From: Nemertoderma westbladi | Lineage: Eukaryota > Animalia > Xenacoelomorpha | DNA length: 64,000 bases | NCBI GenBank assembly: GCA_032718475.1 | Contig: JAUCBJ010008093.1 | Span: 1 to 64,000, forward strand | Direction: 5' to 3' | Part shown: in pieces, positions 1-10,046 of the stretch | Layout of the letters: every line of letters starts with the position of its first letter | Numbering within the stretch: the first letter of the stretch is position 1 | Position numbers and translations under genes: made by a program | Notes under the pieces: generated by a model | The model's input: the letters and a program-made list of their open reading frames with translations, nothing else | Databases searched by the model: none | Told to the model about the DNA's origin: nothing

Positions 1-691
1 ACTCACTTAACTAACTCATTAATCATATTGTTTGTACTGTTATTTTACCGTCAGTTATTAATTGTAAATATTTGTTGATGGAAATATTGCTATTTGGATA
101 ATACGGATAAATCACCCAATTCCCAATTTTCTTGATAACACTACAGGTTAGAGAGACCGGCTATATATAACAATTGCGATTTATATTAATGTGGTGTGTA
201 TTGAATCCAATGTTATTTAGCAGACCCTACGTGAGTCAATTACTGCTCTCTTTATGTGTGATCAAATGTACTGACTGTCGGCAGAATAGTGTGTATGATT
301 GTGATTGGTAACAAAGTATTTCCTAAAGAATACGCTTTATACTTCAATCCCAAGCAGTATCGTTGCGTTTAGTATAAGTCTTAGTTCTGTTTAAATAGAT
401 AAAGCGCCACGTCCTAAAGGAACTGTTAATATTTCCCGAAAGCCAATAATACCTGTCAGAGATTAATTATTAACGATCTATCGAATAATACATTAGGTAT
501 ACACTGCAACCTTACACTGTAATAATACAATTCAAGCATCCGAATTCAGTCTCCCGGGTGTAGATCCATCGGGTGAATGATCGCGCATGGGCTGACTTCG
601 GCTAATGTTTTGCGTATTAGCATAAATTATTGTCGTATGCTAAAGTGGTTTTAATTAACTAAAAGACATATAAATTTTGGCAGGTTAAACT
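1..691 (+). mobile_element. Partial LTR of the element 2/3 BEL/Pao family (copy A; runs off the window, lacks the last ~25 bp)
   Basis: Colinear similarity to 27090-27780 (+) and 42545-43250 (-), including AGCGCCACGTCCTAAAGGAACTGTTAATATTTCC and TTTGGCAGGTTAAACT. It diverges from both copies after GGTTAAACT. Confidence 0.8.
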
Positions 692-857
692 CAGATCGAC
701 AGTAGACGAACCGAGAAGGAGAACCCGAGATTCCACCGATGTCACACCGCTTGCGTCGCCGGTACCCCGAACGGAAATACCGGAAGCCGCAACGCGTGGC
801 GACGGCAGAATCGAAGATTTCCTTACCGTCCCGCAGACTAGATCACGGGAACCGGAC

Positions 858-3800
858 ATGGTAAGTTCGACTGGAAGCCAGGAGAACGTTATTAGAAGTA
901 TAGGAGGACACATGGCCCAGATTACTCGGAACCTCGGAGAAGGTTTTCGCGTTTTACGCGAGTTAACCGCCCCGATGTCGAGATACGAGTTCTACACCTT
1001 ACAGGTAAGAATAGAAAGTAGGGTACATGCCTCCGTAGATAAACTTAAAGGTTTGCACGAACTTGCAGAGTTGCGTGGCGACAACTTTACTCAGGTAAAG
1101 ATAGTAGATAAATTGGTAAGTGCGAGAGAAAGCCTTATCCAGTTTAAGTCGGTGATAAGATTGGCTCAACAGGAGCAGTTCGACCAACTGCTAGGTGAGT
1201 CAGTTTCGGACGCGTTGTTACAACCCGAAGAGGAAGAAGAACTCTACTGCCTGGACGGAAGGTTGGAAACGCTGACCAATTTTCTTCGTAGATGCGGCGT
1301 ACCGATCGACGAACCGGAAGTCGAACCGCGAGGGACGACGGAAGTTCTCACTACGGAAGGCTCGCGAGCCTACCAACATCCACCACTGGATAGATCGTTC
1401 GTTAGCGTACGGAGCGACGTTGGCAACGTTGGCGACGTTAGTAGAACAGCGTCTGGAATTACTCGACAACAACAGGAGGTTGCACGCCGACAACAAGTCG
1501 CCGAGGAAGAAGCGCGACACCAGATGGCACAGATCGCCATCGAAGGAGAGAAACAACGTAGAGAAGACGAGGCAAGAATTGCACAACTCAAGGCGCAAGC
1601 TGAATTCGAAGCATCAGAAATGCGCAGACTGGAGGAGGACTTAGCACGGCAGAAGGCAGCATCCGACGCTCGTGCCAAGTTGGAGGCGCGGCAAATAAAC
1701 GCTCGATTAGCTATACAGGAAGCGGAATTAGCGGCACAACAACAGGATGCAGATCGACGCGAAAGGGAGATGCAACTACAGTTCGAATTGAATCGTAGAT
1801 CGCGCGAGACAGCGAACGCGCAAGCGGACCTCGAACTCGACGCGAGAGATAGATCTATGAGATCGCGAACTGGACACGACTTGTCTGCCCTGGATCGTAT
1901 GGAAGCTCGATATCGCGGAATACAGAAGCGGATCGAGGAAGGAAGCGTGGGAGCGATAGATCGAGGAGAGGAGTTCGTCGAGGATTACTGTAAACGTTTT
2001 CCCCAAGTTATTCCTATGCTCAAACCCACGACTCCGATAAAACCGGTCTTTGTTACGAAACCTAAGGAAATAACGCCTGTGCGCCCGACGCAAGGTAGCA
2101 GGTTTGTTGTGACGGAAATACCGCAACCTAGGGCGACTTCATCGCCAATTCTCGCAGGTAACATAACTAGTCCACCTACTGTAAGCCGTAGTTTACTTGT
2201 AGAGAGAGACGAACCTGCGTTTATGACAGTAAAACAGGTGAGTAAACCATTGCAAGTTAAACCTGTGACGTGCTGCGCGAACCCAGTCATTTATAAACCT
2301 ACAGTAGACCTTAACCCTGATGTTTTTACTAGACCTCTCACCCAATGTTTAACGAGACCTACGACTTCGTGGAAGGCTTGCGAGCCTACCGAACAACGGA
2401 GAGCCGTAGATCCCAGATCACAACGAACTCGACCAAGGATAATACGCCGGACGCGAACCCGCCAACCACCTTATCCGGACGACAGCGATTCATCCAGTGA
2501 CTCGGAGTCGACGGAACGGGAAATATTCCGTACTGGAGCGGCAGCGGCAGCGGATTACAAACGGGAGGAACGATCGACGAACCCCTATATCGACAATCCT
2601 CCACGAGAAACACCCCAACAGAAACCCACGTTGCAACCAGCGGAAGCGATCAGCACCAACAGACTCGCCGAAATAATGCGACCTGTAGCGGATCGACTAG
2701 CTCAGATAGAAGAGCGACTCGAAGCGCAACCGTCGGATCGATCACGAACCAGCGTGGAATTGGAACAACCTAGACAACATCGACCACCGAGGAGAGAACA
2801 GGAGACTAGACGGACTCCGACACATCGAGAGGAAGATCCCGTTAATAATTCCTACCGACGAACAACGCGCGGAAGGGAGCGACTGGACGACGCCACCGAA
2901 CAGGGACGCGGACAGTTGGACTTAGTTAGCGAGATTGCGAAATTCGCGGCTAGACACGGATTACCGGCACAGCAACCGCCGAAGTTCTCTGGCAACGCGA
3001 AACACTGGCGCACACTGGTAGACTACGTAGAGTCCCAGATCGCTAAGTGTGCTTTCACCTCGACGGAGAAGTTTAACTACTTGCTCCAAGTTCTGTCTGG
3101 TGAGCCGAAACGATTAGCGGAAACCTTTATTGGTGTTCCCGATGCCTTCGAGTTGGCGTACGACCGTTTGTATTCGATTTACGGCGGTAACGTCGCCATG
3201 GCTAAATCCATTATTGAAGACCTCTGCAGAGGAGGCAACATTTCGAGACCGATCGACCTTTTACGACTCGCGGACGAAATAAAGAACGCTATAGGGACTT
3301 TACGGTCCATTGGACAACTCGAGTACGCAAACGCACCGACGGTTCTCATTCGAATAATCGGTCGACTTCATCATCGACTACGACGAGAATGGCGACGCAT
3401 CGAGTACCAGCGCGAAGAGGCCGGAGGGTTATTAAAACTCACCGATGTCTATCAACTTATTTCACGGGAGGCCGTGATCGAGACTCGATCGAACTATACC
3501 GATCACCATATCGCGGCGGAAGGGATAACTGTTTCTGCGCCGAATCGGACTAAACCGTTTCCGACGAACGCGAAAGCCGTTACTTACGCCACCCCTACTG
3601 AGACTTCTAAAGTTCTGACGCCTATCGGCACCACGCAGCCACGACAACAGTTGCCGGCGGACTTTGTGGGATGCTCATACTGCGAGCGGAACGGCAGAAA
3701 CCATAGCGGACATAAACTACGTGCATGTCGCGCTTTTAAAGAGTTAGGGATCGAGGAAAGGAGACTCCAAATCCGATCTCTAGATTCCTGTTGGAGATGT

Positions 3801-6800
3801 ATGAAGCCAGGACACGTCCGGAAGGATTGCCCGAGCGACGATACATGTTCTTTGTGTGGACGTAACCATGACGCGTTGCTTCACACGACCAGTCATACTC
3901 CGACCCGACGCTTTCGACGAGAGCATCCAGATAAAGCGGCTAGATGCGACGCGCTTTATAAGGAGCGTGCGCCGCGCGAGATCCGTACCTTTTATACCGA
4001 CTGTATGGATCAGTCAGGATCATCGGACGAAGACGAGGAGGAAGACGACACTTTCTACGTGCATGCAGGTGAGGAACAACCTTCGATAACGCTCCTCACA
4101 CAGAACCAATTGAAAGGGTTTAGCGTGATTCCTATAAAGATTACCGGAACCCGAGGGAGCAAGCGTATATACGCCATCTTAGACTCTGCGTCATCGCATA
4201 GCTATGTCGACGAACAAGTAGCCGACGTAGTTACGGACTTGAGTCAAGGTAAGACTGCTCAGTATACTGTAAGCAGCATGCATGGTAAGAGAGCGATTCC
4301 TGTGACGAGAGTAAAACTAACTTTAGACACTCTTCTTTCCAAAGCGGAACACAGCAAGGAGGAGCGCTCATTACTTCCGGTAAGAAATTTGACCTTTGCA
4401 GCTACGAAGGACTTTAGTAACTTGCTCGGCCCTGTGCCAGAGCAATCACCGGAAGATCGTAAGTATTTCCGACACCTTGGAATACCGGAATGTCCTGTTA
4501 ATTATCGTTCTATTGCGATGTTAATTGGGACAGACCAGTTTAACTTACATCAGGTATGGGAGACACGCCCATCTGTTATTACAGCGGGCAACCCCTACGC
4601 ATGTAGAACTCCCATAGGTTGGTATACTAGAGCACCAATACGTTCACTAGAGGTAAGTGACCAGGAGGACGACGTTTTGAGTACGTGTAGTTTATTGACT
4701 AACACGATAGATAATTCTCCTTCACACTCCCGTGGTCCAATTGTACGGACGGCACTACGACAGACTTGCGTCACTAACGCAGACGCCACCGATACTGACG
4801 TAACCGATCTGGACACGACCATACGGACCTCTGACTTACAACTACTTGCAGTAGACCAGGTTGTATTGACTACTGAAGACCTGAGGGTTGTTGCCGTGGA
4901 TGACTCGATGAACGAGGATTTTGGAAGGCTTGCGAGCCTACCGAAAAATCCGAAGGTCATTGACCCCACCCACCAGGCTTCGACACCGGTCGTTGATCTT
5001 GGAAGGCTTGCGAGCCTACCGATAGATCAAGAGGTTGTCAAACCGCCGCACGACAATTCGACGCTGACTAGTGACACCGGAAGGCTTGCGAGCCTACCAG
5101 ACACATTGACACTAGCCACCGCAGCGGACGAAGACGTGGACGAGGACCATGGCGCAGTGCAAGCAGCGCTTGACCGACTGCTGACTGAACGGACCATACA
5201 ATGGTTGGAACAGGACTCAGCAGAACCCGGTAGTTACGAGACCGCTATGTCAGAACAGGAAAAACGGTCATTAAATATTATGAGAGATACCATTCGCCAG
5301 ACCGCGAATGGCCACTATGAGGTTGGTATGTTGTGGCGCAATGGACAACCTAAGCTCGTTAACAATTACCCGCTTGCTTTGAGGCGACTCAAATCAATAA
5401 GGCAGCGATTGTTGCGAGACGAGACGGCCCATATGCAATACAACACACAACTTCAGACGTATCTCCAAAAGGGATACGCCATTAGGATGTTAAATCCTGA
5501 GGTAACTACAGACCAGACATATTACCTGCCACATCATTTTGTTCGACACCCGGACAAACCTGGCAAGGTGCGTGTAGTCAACGACTGCGCCGCGCTTTAC
5601 CAAGAGATGTCTATGAATAGCGAACTGATGGACGGGCCGAATATGAATAATTACCTCATGGGAGTCCTAATGCGTTTTAGACAACGCAAAGTGGCTTTCA
5701 CCTGTGACGTAGAGGCCATGTTTCACCAGGTTAAGGCTTTGGAGCGGGACAGGGACAGTTTGAGGTTTCTTTGGTATCCAGACGGAAACTTACAACTTCC
5801 GCCAGAAACTTACCAAATGCAGGTAAGAGTATTCGGAGCCAGGGACAGCCCCAACTGCACCATGTACGCCTTGAAGCAGACAGCATTAGACAGACGAGAC
5901 CAATTTGACCCAGAAGTAGTTCGGACCGTGGAACGAGATTTCTACGTGGATGACGGCCTCAAGAGTTGTGACACCTTGGAGCGCGCTACGACCGTAGCAC
6001 ACCAACTCCAGGATTGTCTCGCTGAGGGCGGATTTCACCTGACGAAGTTCGCTTCCAACGAACCCGAACTGGTGAACTCATTTGACCCGATGGATCGTAG
6101 CGGAGGTGACTTGGACTTAGACTTAGAACCTCTGCCGACGACCAAAGTATTAGGACTTAGTTGGGACCCTAACACCGACAATTTTAGGGTACGTGTAAGG
6201 TCCAACGACCAGACTAGACCTCTCACTAAGAGGACTTGCTTATCGACCATGAGTCGATTGTATGACCCATTGTGTTTCATTAGTCCAGTGATCCTACATG
6301 CCAGGATCATACTCCGCAGCATTTGGCAAGCCGGACTGGAATGGGACGATCCCATCCCAGAAAAGTTAGCTGAGCGATGGAGGGACTGGGAAGCCCAACT
6401 GACGTTCCTACAAGACTATACCATACCGAGGGTATACTTTCCTTTGCAAACCACCTTTCCTGCCGATTTAGAGCTTCACAGCTTTAGTGACGCTAGCAAG
6501 GATGGATTGGGGGTTACCTTATACCTTAGACGACAAGTGACATCGGACAGCTACGATGTATCTCTCGTTACTTCAAAGGCTAGAACAATGCCATTGAAGT
6601 ATATGACTGTACCTCGTGGGGAGCTGCAAGCCGGGACGATATCCACCAATATTGTCAGTCTAGTTCAACGCGAGCTGGAGGCTAACTTGAAGGTCACATA
6701 TTGGACGGATGCGACGTTGGTACTTTGGTACATAAACAACGAAACATTCGAGTTCAAGACTTTCGTAGCCAACAGACGGGCTGAAATACTAGACCGGTCG

Positions 6801-9362
6801 CTCAAACAAGATTGGCGTCACTGTCCAGGGAAGCTGAACCCAGCTGACATCGCGTCACGGGGGATGCAACCACTTGACTTTTGTAAACCGGACAATAAAT
6901 CCTTTTGGTTTAGAGGACCCGATTTCCTACAGCGACCATCAGACGAATGGCCACCGTTATTCGACGCGACAACCAACACCATACCAGAGGGTGCCGAGAT
7001 AAAACTCGACAAGGTTGTCAAGTCTAAAGCGAAAGCCAACGCCAAGGTCAAGAGGAAAAAAGGACGGACGAAATCTGATGACCTGGACGCCAGACCTGAC
7101 ATTACGCCAGACGTCTCGCCAGACACTCGACCAGACGCTTGTACGAATCCTTCGCCGGATGTTCCGCGGGAGAATTCACCAGACGTTTCGCCGGATTGTT
7201 CACCAGATTACTCGCCAGATTATTCACCAGAAGAGACACCAGATTGTTCTCCGGATTGTTCGCCAGATTGTTTGATGGAACTCTCGACAGAATGTCTACC
7301 GGACGTCTCACCAGACTTTTCACCAGACATCTCGACCGACTGTCCACCAGACTTTGAACCAGACTTTCTGACAGAAGTTATGCTAGACAGACTTTGGGAC
7401 CGACGACCGGACATTTCGCCGGATGTTCCGCGCTATGTCTCACCAGACGTCTCACCAGACTGTTCACCAGACGCTTCACCAGACTGTCTACTAGACACTC
7501 CATTAGAAGACCCATTGGAGCGGACGTTTAGAGACTTACCAAATTTGACTTCTTTGGACGACAGAGTTGTGGCCACAGGGATTACACTCCGCTCGAAGAA
7601 GGTACTTGACTTACCTACAGGTAAAGTGGTGACTAAGGTTAGGAAGCTTACAGGCTCACAGGAACACACTGACGCTGTAGAGTTGAAACCATTACTGCCA
7701 GTCGACACATTAGGTGCGGACGGTAAAGGTAAGACCGTAGAGATTGACGTACTTGGGGACTCAGACAAACCTACCGGAAGGCCCGTGGGCCTACCAAGTC
7801 CAGACAAGTATCCACACTACGACTACACCTTACCCGATGACGTCACCAACACTTACGTTGACAGGATAGTGAACCTAACTAGATCATGGACTGACGCGTG
7901 CCGCAAGTTAGCATGGCTCAAACGATTGAGACAATATGCCAGAGGCAAACGCGACTTTCCTAGAAGACTTACCTTAAAGGAAATTGAACACTGTGAAGTT
8001 GATATCATTAGACATTATCAATTGCGATATTTCGCACGCGAATTCACAGCGATCAAACAAGGTAAACAGATTAAGTCTTCACCGATTTTGAGTTGGAGTC
8101 CGATTATTTACCGGGGCTTACTTTGTCACAAGTCCAGACTCCAAAACATCGACTTTGCACTTGACTTTAGGTATCCTATCATCATACCGCAACACCATGA
8201 GTTACAGCGCGCTATGATACTGGACGCACATGTACAACTCAAACACGTAGGTAGACACCACTGTCTATCACACTTACGCTCGAGGTTTGTACTGATTAGA
8301 CCTAGTAAGGCACTGAGTTCAGTAACACGGAACTGTATTATTTGTAAGAAGGTGCACGCGAGGATAGGACACCAAGAAATGAGTGAACTACCACTAGCTA
8401 GATTACAGGCGTTTAGACCCCCTTTCACTGAGACAGGGATAGACTGTTTTGGACCCATAATCGCGAAACGCGGAAGGGTACAGGTAAAACGTTGGGGATT
8501 GATCTTCACTTGCATGGCCAGCAGAGCTGTCCATATAGAGCGAGTGACAGACTTGTCCACCAATGCCTTTATCCTAGCCTTACGGCGATTTATCGCTAGA
8601 CGTGGATTGGTCAAATCCATATACTGCGACCAAGGGACAAACTTTGTGGGTGCACGGAACGAGATAACCAGAGCTTTGAGAAAATTGGACCAAAACCAGA
8701 TTTCCGAGGAACTACGTCCTCACCGTATTGTTTGGTTTTTCAACACTCCAGACAGTCCGTGGAGAGGCGGCGTTTGGGAAAGGCTGATTGGCTCAATAAA
8801 GACAGCTATGGCTAAAGTAGTACCGACGCAACACATCTTGACAGACGACCAACTGACGACGTTACTAATAGAAATCGAAGCAATCTTAAATACCAGACCG
8901 ATCGCTTTGATCCCAGACAATAACGACGTACGGTTTGCCTTGACACCAGCGCACCTGCTTATGCAGGCGCCGACGACATTGTTGCCCATTTCGGTACCCG
9001 TTGATAGTGACGGATACGGCAACAAGGCTTGGAAAATCACTCAATTACTTGCAAATAAATTCTGGGAAATATGGCAGAAATATTATTTGCCCTCTATTTC
9101 GACCAGAACCTCTTGGTATCTAAATACCCGATGTTTAAGACGTGGTGACCATGTTTTATTGGCTGAAGCTAATCTGAAAAGACGGTTTTGGCTGACTGGA
9201 GTCATTTTGACCACGCACCCTACATCTGGTGTAGTGAGGACAGTTACTGTACGGACTATCGACGGACGTACCGTAGATAGGCCTGTACAACGTCTCGTAC
9301 TCCTTGAGGAGACTAGAAACGAGACGGGAGACTACAAATCTCCACCCAATATTAGTAAATAG
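858..9362 (+). CDS. BEL/Pao gag-pol polyprotein, intact, 2834 aa (frame is open upstream to 663)
   Basis: DUF1759-like gag (PPKFSGNAKHW...EKFNYL); three Cys/His knuckles (CSYC..H..C, CWRCMKPGHVRKDC, CSLCGRNHDALLH); protease ILDSAS; RT YYLPHH..KVRVVND..FYVDD; Pao RNase H FSDAS; integrase GIDCFGP..CDQGTNF..GGVWERL. Domain order is PR-RT-RH-IN. Confidence 0.96.
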   Translation: MVSSTGSQENVIRSIGGHMAQITRNLGEGFRVLRELTAPMSRYEFYTLQVRIESRVHASVDKLKGLHELAELRGDNFTQVKIVDKLVSARESLIQFKSVIRLAQQEQFDQLLGESVSDALLQPEEEEELYCLDGRLETLTNFLRRCGVPIDEPEVEPRGTTEVLTTEGSRAYQHPPLDRSFVSVRSDVGNVGDVSRTASGITRQQQEVARRQQVAEEEARHQMAQIAIEGEKQRREDEARIAQLKAQAEFEASEMRRLEEDLARQKAASDARAKLEARQINARLAIQEAELAAQQQDADRREREMQLQFELNRRSRETANAQADLELDARDRSMRSRTGHDLSALDRMEARYRGIQKRIEEGSVGAIDRGEEFVEDYCKRFPQVIPMLKPTTPIKPVFVTKPKEITPVRPTQGSRFVVTEIPQPRATSSPILAGNITSPPTVSRSLLVERDEPAFMTVKQVSKPLQVKPVTCCANPVIYKPTVDLNPDVFTRPLTQCLTRPTTSWKACEPTEQRRAVDPRSQRTRPRIIRRTRTRQPPYPDDSDSSSDSESTEREIFRTGAAAAADYKREERSTNPYIDNPPRETPQQKPTLQPAEAISTNRLAEIMRPVADRLAQIEERLEAQPSDRSRTSVELEQPRQHRPPRREQETRRTPTHREEDPVNNSYRRTTRGRERLDDATEQGRGQLDLVSEIAKFAARHGLPAQQPPKFSGNAKHWRTLVDYVESQIAKCAFTSTEKFNYLLQVLSGEPKRLAETFIGVPDAFELAYDRLYSIYGGNVAMAKSIIEDLCRGGNISRPIDLLRLADEIKNAIGTLRSIGQLEYANAPTVLIRIIGRLHHRLRREWRRIEYQREEAGGLLKLTDVYQLISREAVIETRSNYTDHHIAAEGITVSAPNRTKPFPTNAKAVTYATPTETSKVLTPIGTTQPRQQLPADFVGCSYCERNGRNHSGHKLRACRAFKELGIEERRLQIRSLDSCWRCMKPGHVRKDCPSDDTCSLCGRNHDALLHTTSHTPTRRFRREHPDKAARCDALYKERAPREIRTFYTDCMDQSGSSDEDEEEDDTFYVHAGEEQPSITLLTQNQLKGFSVIPIKITGTRGSKRIYAILDSASSHSYVDEQVADVVTDLSQGKTAQYTVSSMHGKRAIPVTRVKLTLDTLLSKAEHSKEERSLLPVRNLTFAATKDFSNLLGPVPEQSPEDRKYFRHLGIPECPVNYRSIAMLIGTDQFNLHQVWETRPSVITAGNPYACRTPIGWYTRAPIRSLEVSDQEDDVLSTCSLLTNTIDNSPSHSRGPIVRTALRQTCVTNADATDTDVTDLDTTIRTSDLQLLAVDQVVLTTEDLRVVAVDDSMNEDFGRLASLPKNPKVIDPTHQASTPVVDLGRLASLPIDQEVVKPPHDNSTLTSDTGRLASLPDTLTLATAADEDVDEDHGAVQAALDRLLTERTIQWLEQDSAEPGSYETAMSEQEKRSLNIMRDTIRQTANGHYEVGMLWRNGQPKLVNNYPLALRRLKSIRQRLLRDETAHMQYNTQLQTYLQKGYAIRMLNPEVTTDQTYYLPHHFVRHPDKPGKVRVVNDCAALYQEMSMNSELMDGPNMNNYLMGVLMRFRQRKVAFTCDVEAMFHQVKALERDRDSLRFLWYPDGNLQLPPETYQMQVRVFGARDSPNCTMYALKQTALDRRDQFDPEVVRTVERDFYVDDGLKSCDTLERATTVAHQLQDCLAEGGFHLTKFASNEPELVNSFDPMDRSGGDLDLDLEPLPTTKVLGLSWDPNTDNFRVRVRSNDQTRPLTKRTCLSTMSRLYDPLCFISPVILHARIILRSIWQAGLEWDDPIPEKLAERWRDWEAQLTFLQDYTIPRVYFPLQTTFPADLELHSFSDASKDGLGVTLYLRRQVTSDSYDVSLVTSKARTMPLKYMTVPRGELQAGTISTNIVSLVQRELEANLKVTYWTDATLVLWYINNETFEFKTFVANRRAEILDRSLKQDWRHCPGKLNPADIASRGMQPLDFCKPDNKSFWFRGPDFLQRPSDEWPPLFDATTNTIPEGAEIKLDKVVKSKAKANAKVKRKKGRTKSDDLDARPDITPDVSPDTRPDACTNPSPDVPRENSPDVSPDCSPDYSPDYSPEETPDCSPDCSPDCLMELSTECLPDVSPDFSPDISTDCPPDFEPDFLTEVMLDRLWDRRPDISPDVPRYVSPDVSPDCSPDASPDCLLDTPLEDPLERTFRDLPNLTSLDDRVVATGITLRSKKVLDLPTGKVVTKVRKLTGSQEHTDAVELKPLLPVDTLGADGKGKTVEIDVLGDSDKPTGRPVGLPSPDKYPHYDYTLPDDVTNTYVDRIVNLTRSWTDACRKLAWLKRLRQYARGKRDFPRRLTLKEIEHCEVDIIRHYQLRYFAREFTAIKQGKQIKSSPILSWSPIIYRGLLCHKSRLQNIDFALDFRYPIIIPQHHELQRAMILDAHVQLKHVGRHHCLSHLRSRFVLIRPSKALSSVTRNCIICKKVHARIGHQEMSELPLARLQAFRPPFTETGIDCFGPIIAKRGRVQVKRWGLIFTCMASRAVHIERVTDLSTNAFILALRRFIARRGLVKSIYCDQGTNFVGARNEITRALRKLDQNQISEELRPHRIVWFFNTPDSPWRGGVWERLIGSIKTAMAKVVPTQHILTDDQLTTLLIEIEAILNTRPIALIPDNNDVRFALTPAHLLMQAPTTLLPISVPVDSDGYGNKAWKITQLLANKFWEIWQKYYLPSISTRTSWYLNTRCLRRGDHVLLAEANLKRRFWLTGVILTTHPTSGVVRTVTVRTIDGRTVDRPVQRLVLLEETRNETGDYKSPPNISK
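7095..7500 (+). repeat. In-frame 12-bp tandem repeat encoding (S/T)PD(C/V/Y/F) tetrapeptides between RNase H and integrase
   Basis: Protein reads SPDVSPDCSPDYSPDYSPEETPDCSPDCSPDC...; DNA unit is approximately TCACCAGACTGT. Confidence 0.85.
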
Positions 9363-9857
9363 ATGTGGGACCTTCGTTGGCCGCCACATAGACCTACTGT
9401 ATTTTAGTTATTTGTATTTGTATTACTGTACGTGCATTTGAAATCCTCTTCACTGTAGATAGAGACAGCGGTGGAATTCCATTGTCTTTATACGTGAACA
9501 TGGAGGGTAGTACCCTTATGTATCACATAGGAGCGGGATTGTGTGTACAGTAGGAATGGAATTCCACTTGGAACCCACAAGTGAGACAATTTTCAAAAAT
9601 TATTAGACAAATCCATTTAGTTGGATTTAAATTTAAGAAAAACGATTCTCCAGTGAAAGCAAATTCTAGAATACAGCTAGAAAAAATTAAAATTGGGGAG
9701 GACAAGAGCGGATGGAAGGCTTGCGAGCCTACCGATAAATTTTTTTTTGGAAAAGAAAATCGGCCTTGTTCTACGTAGTCGTGTCTACTATTATTTTGAC
9801 CAATTAATTCTCAACTGCACTATTTTTCTTGGGAAACGTAGTTTGGGAAATTAAAAG

Positions 9858-10046
9858 GTGAGTATTTTAGACTCGCGGCTAGTTTACCCGGAATTCGTTT
9901 TTTATCGGCACATTTTGGATTAGGAGCCAGTGCGAAATCACGCGAACCCGAAGTCATTAGGCAAATGGGTTGGGGTTTAGAGCAAAGTTGAGCCAAAAGC
10001 CGACAAAAGTCTCCTCACATCTAACCTCTGTTTGTGCTTCCTCTAG
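9858..10046 (+). other. Putative intron in the 3' accessory region of element 1
   Basis: Donor AG|GTGAGT at 9858, branch point CTAAC at 10021, pyrimidine tract CTCTGTTTGTGCTTCCTCTAG ending at 10046. Confidence 0.55.

Noticed and set aside
678-691. TGGCAGGTTAAAC as primer-binding site
   Set aside because: The same sequence lies inside the 3' LTR copy C, and B/C homology continues ~25 bp further to an ACA end matching the TGT start. It is better explained as an LTR-internal splice-acceptor-like motif.
4923-5098. CRISPR array
   Set aside because: Only three repeats, the spacers are related to each other, it lies within a eukaryotic retrotransposon ORF, and there are no cas genes.
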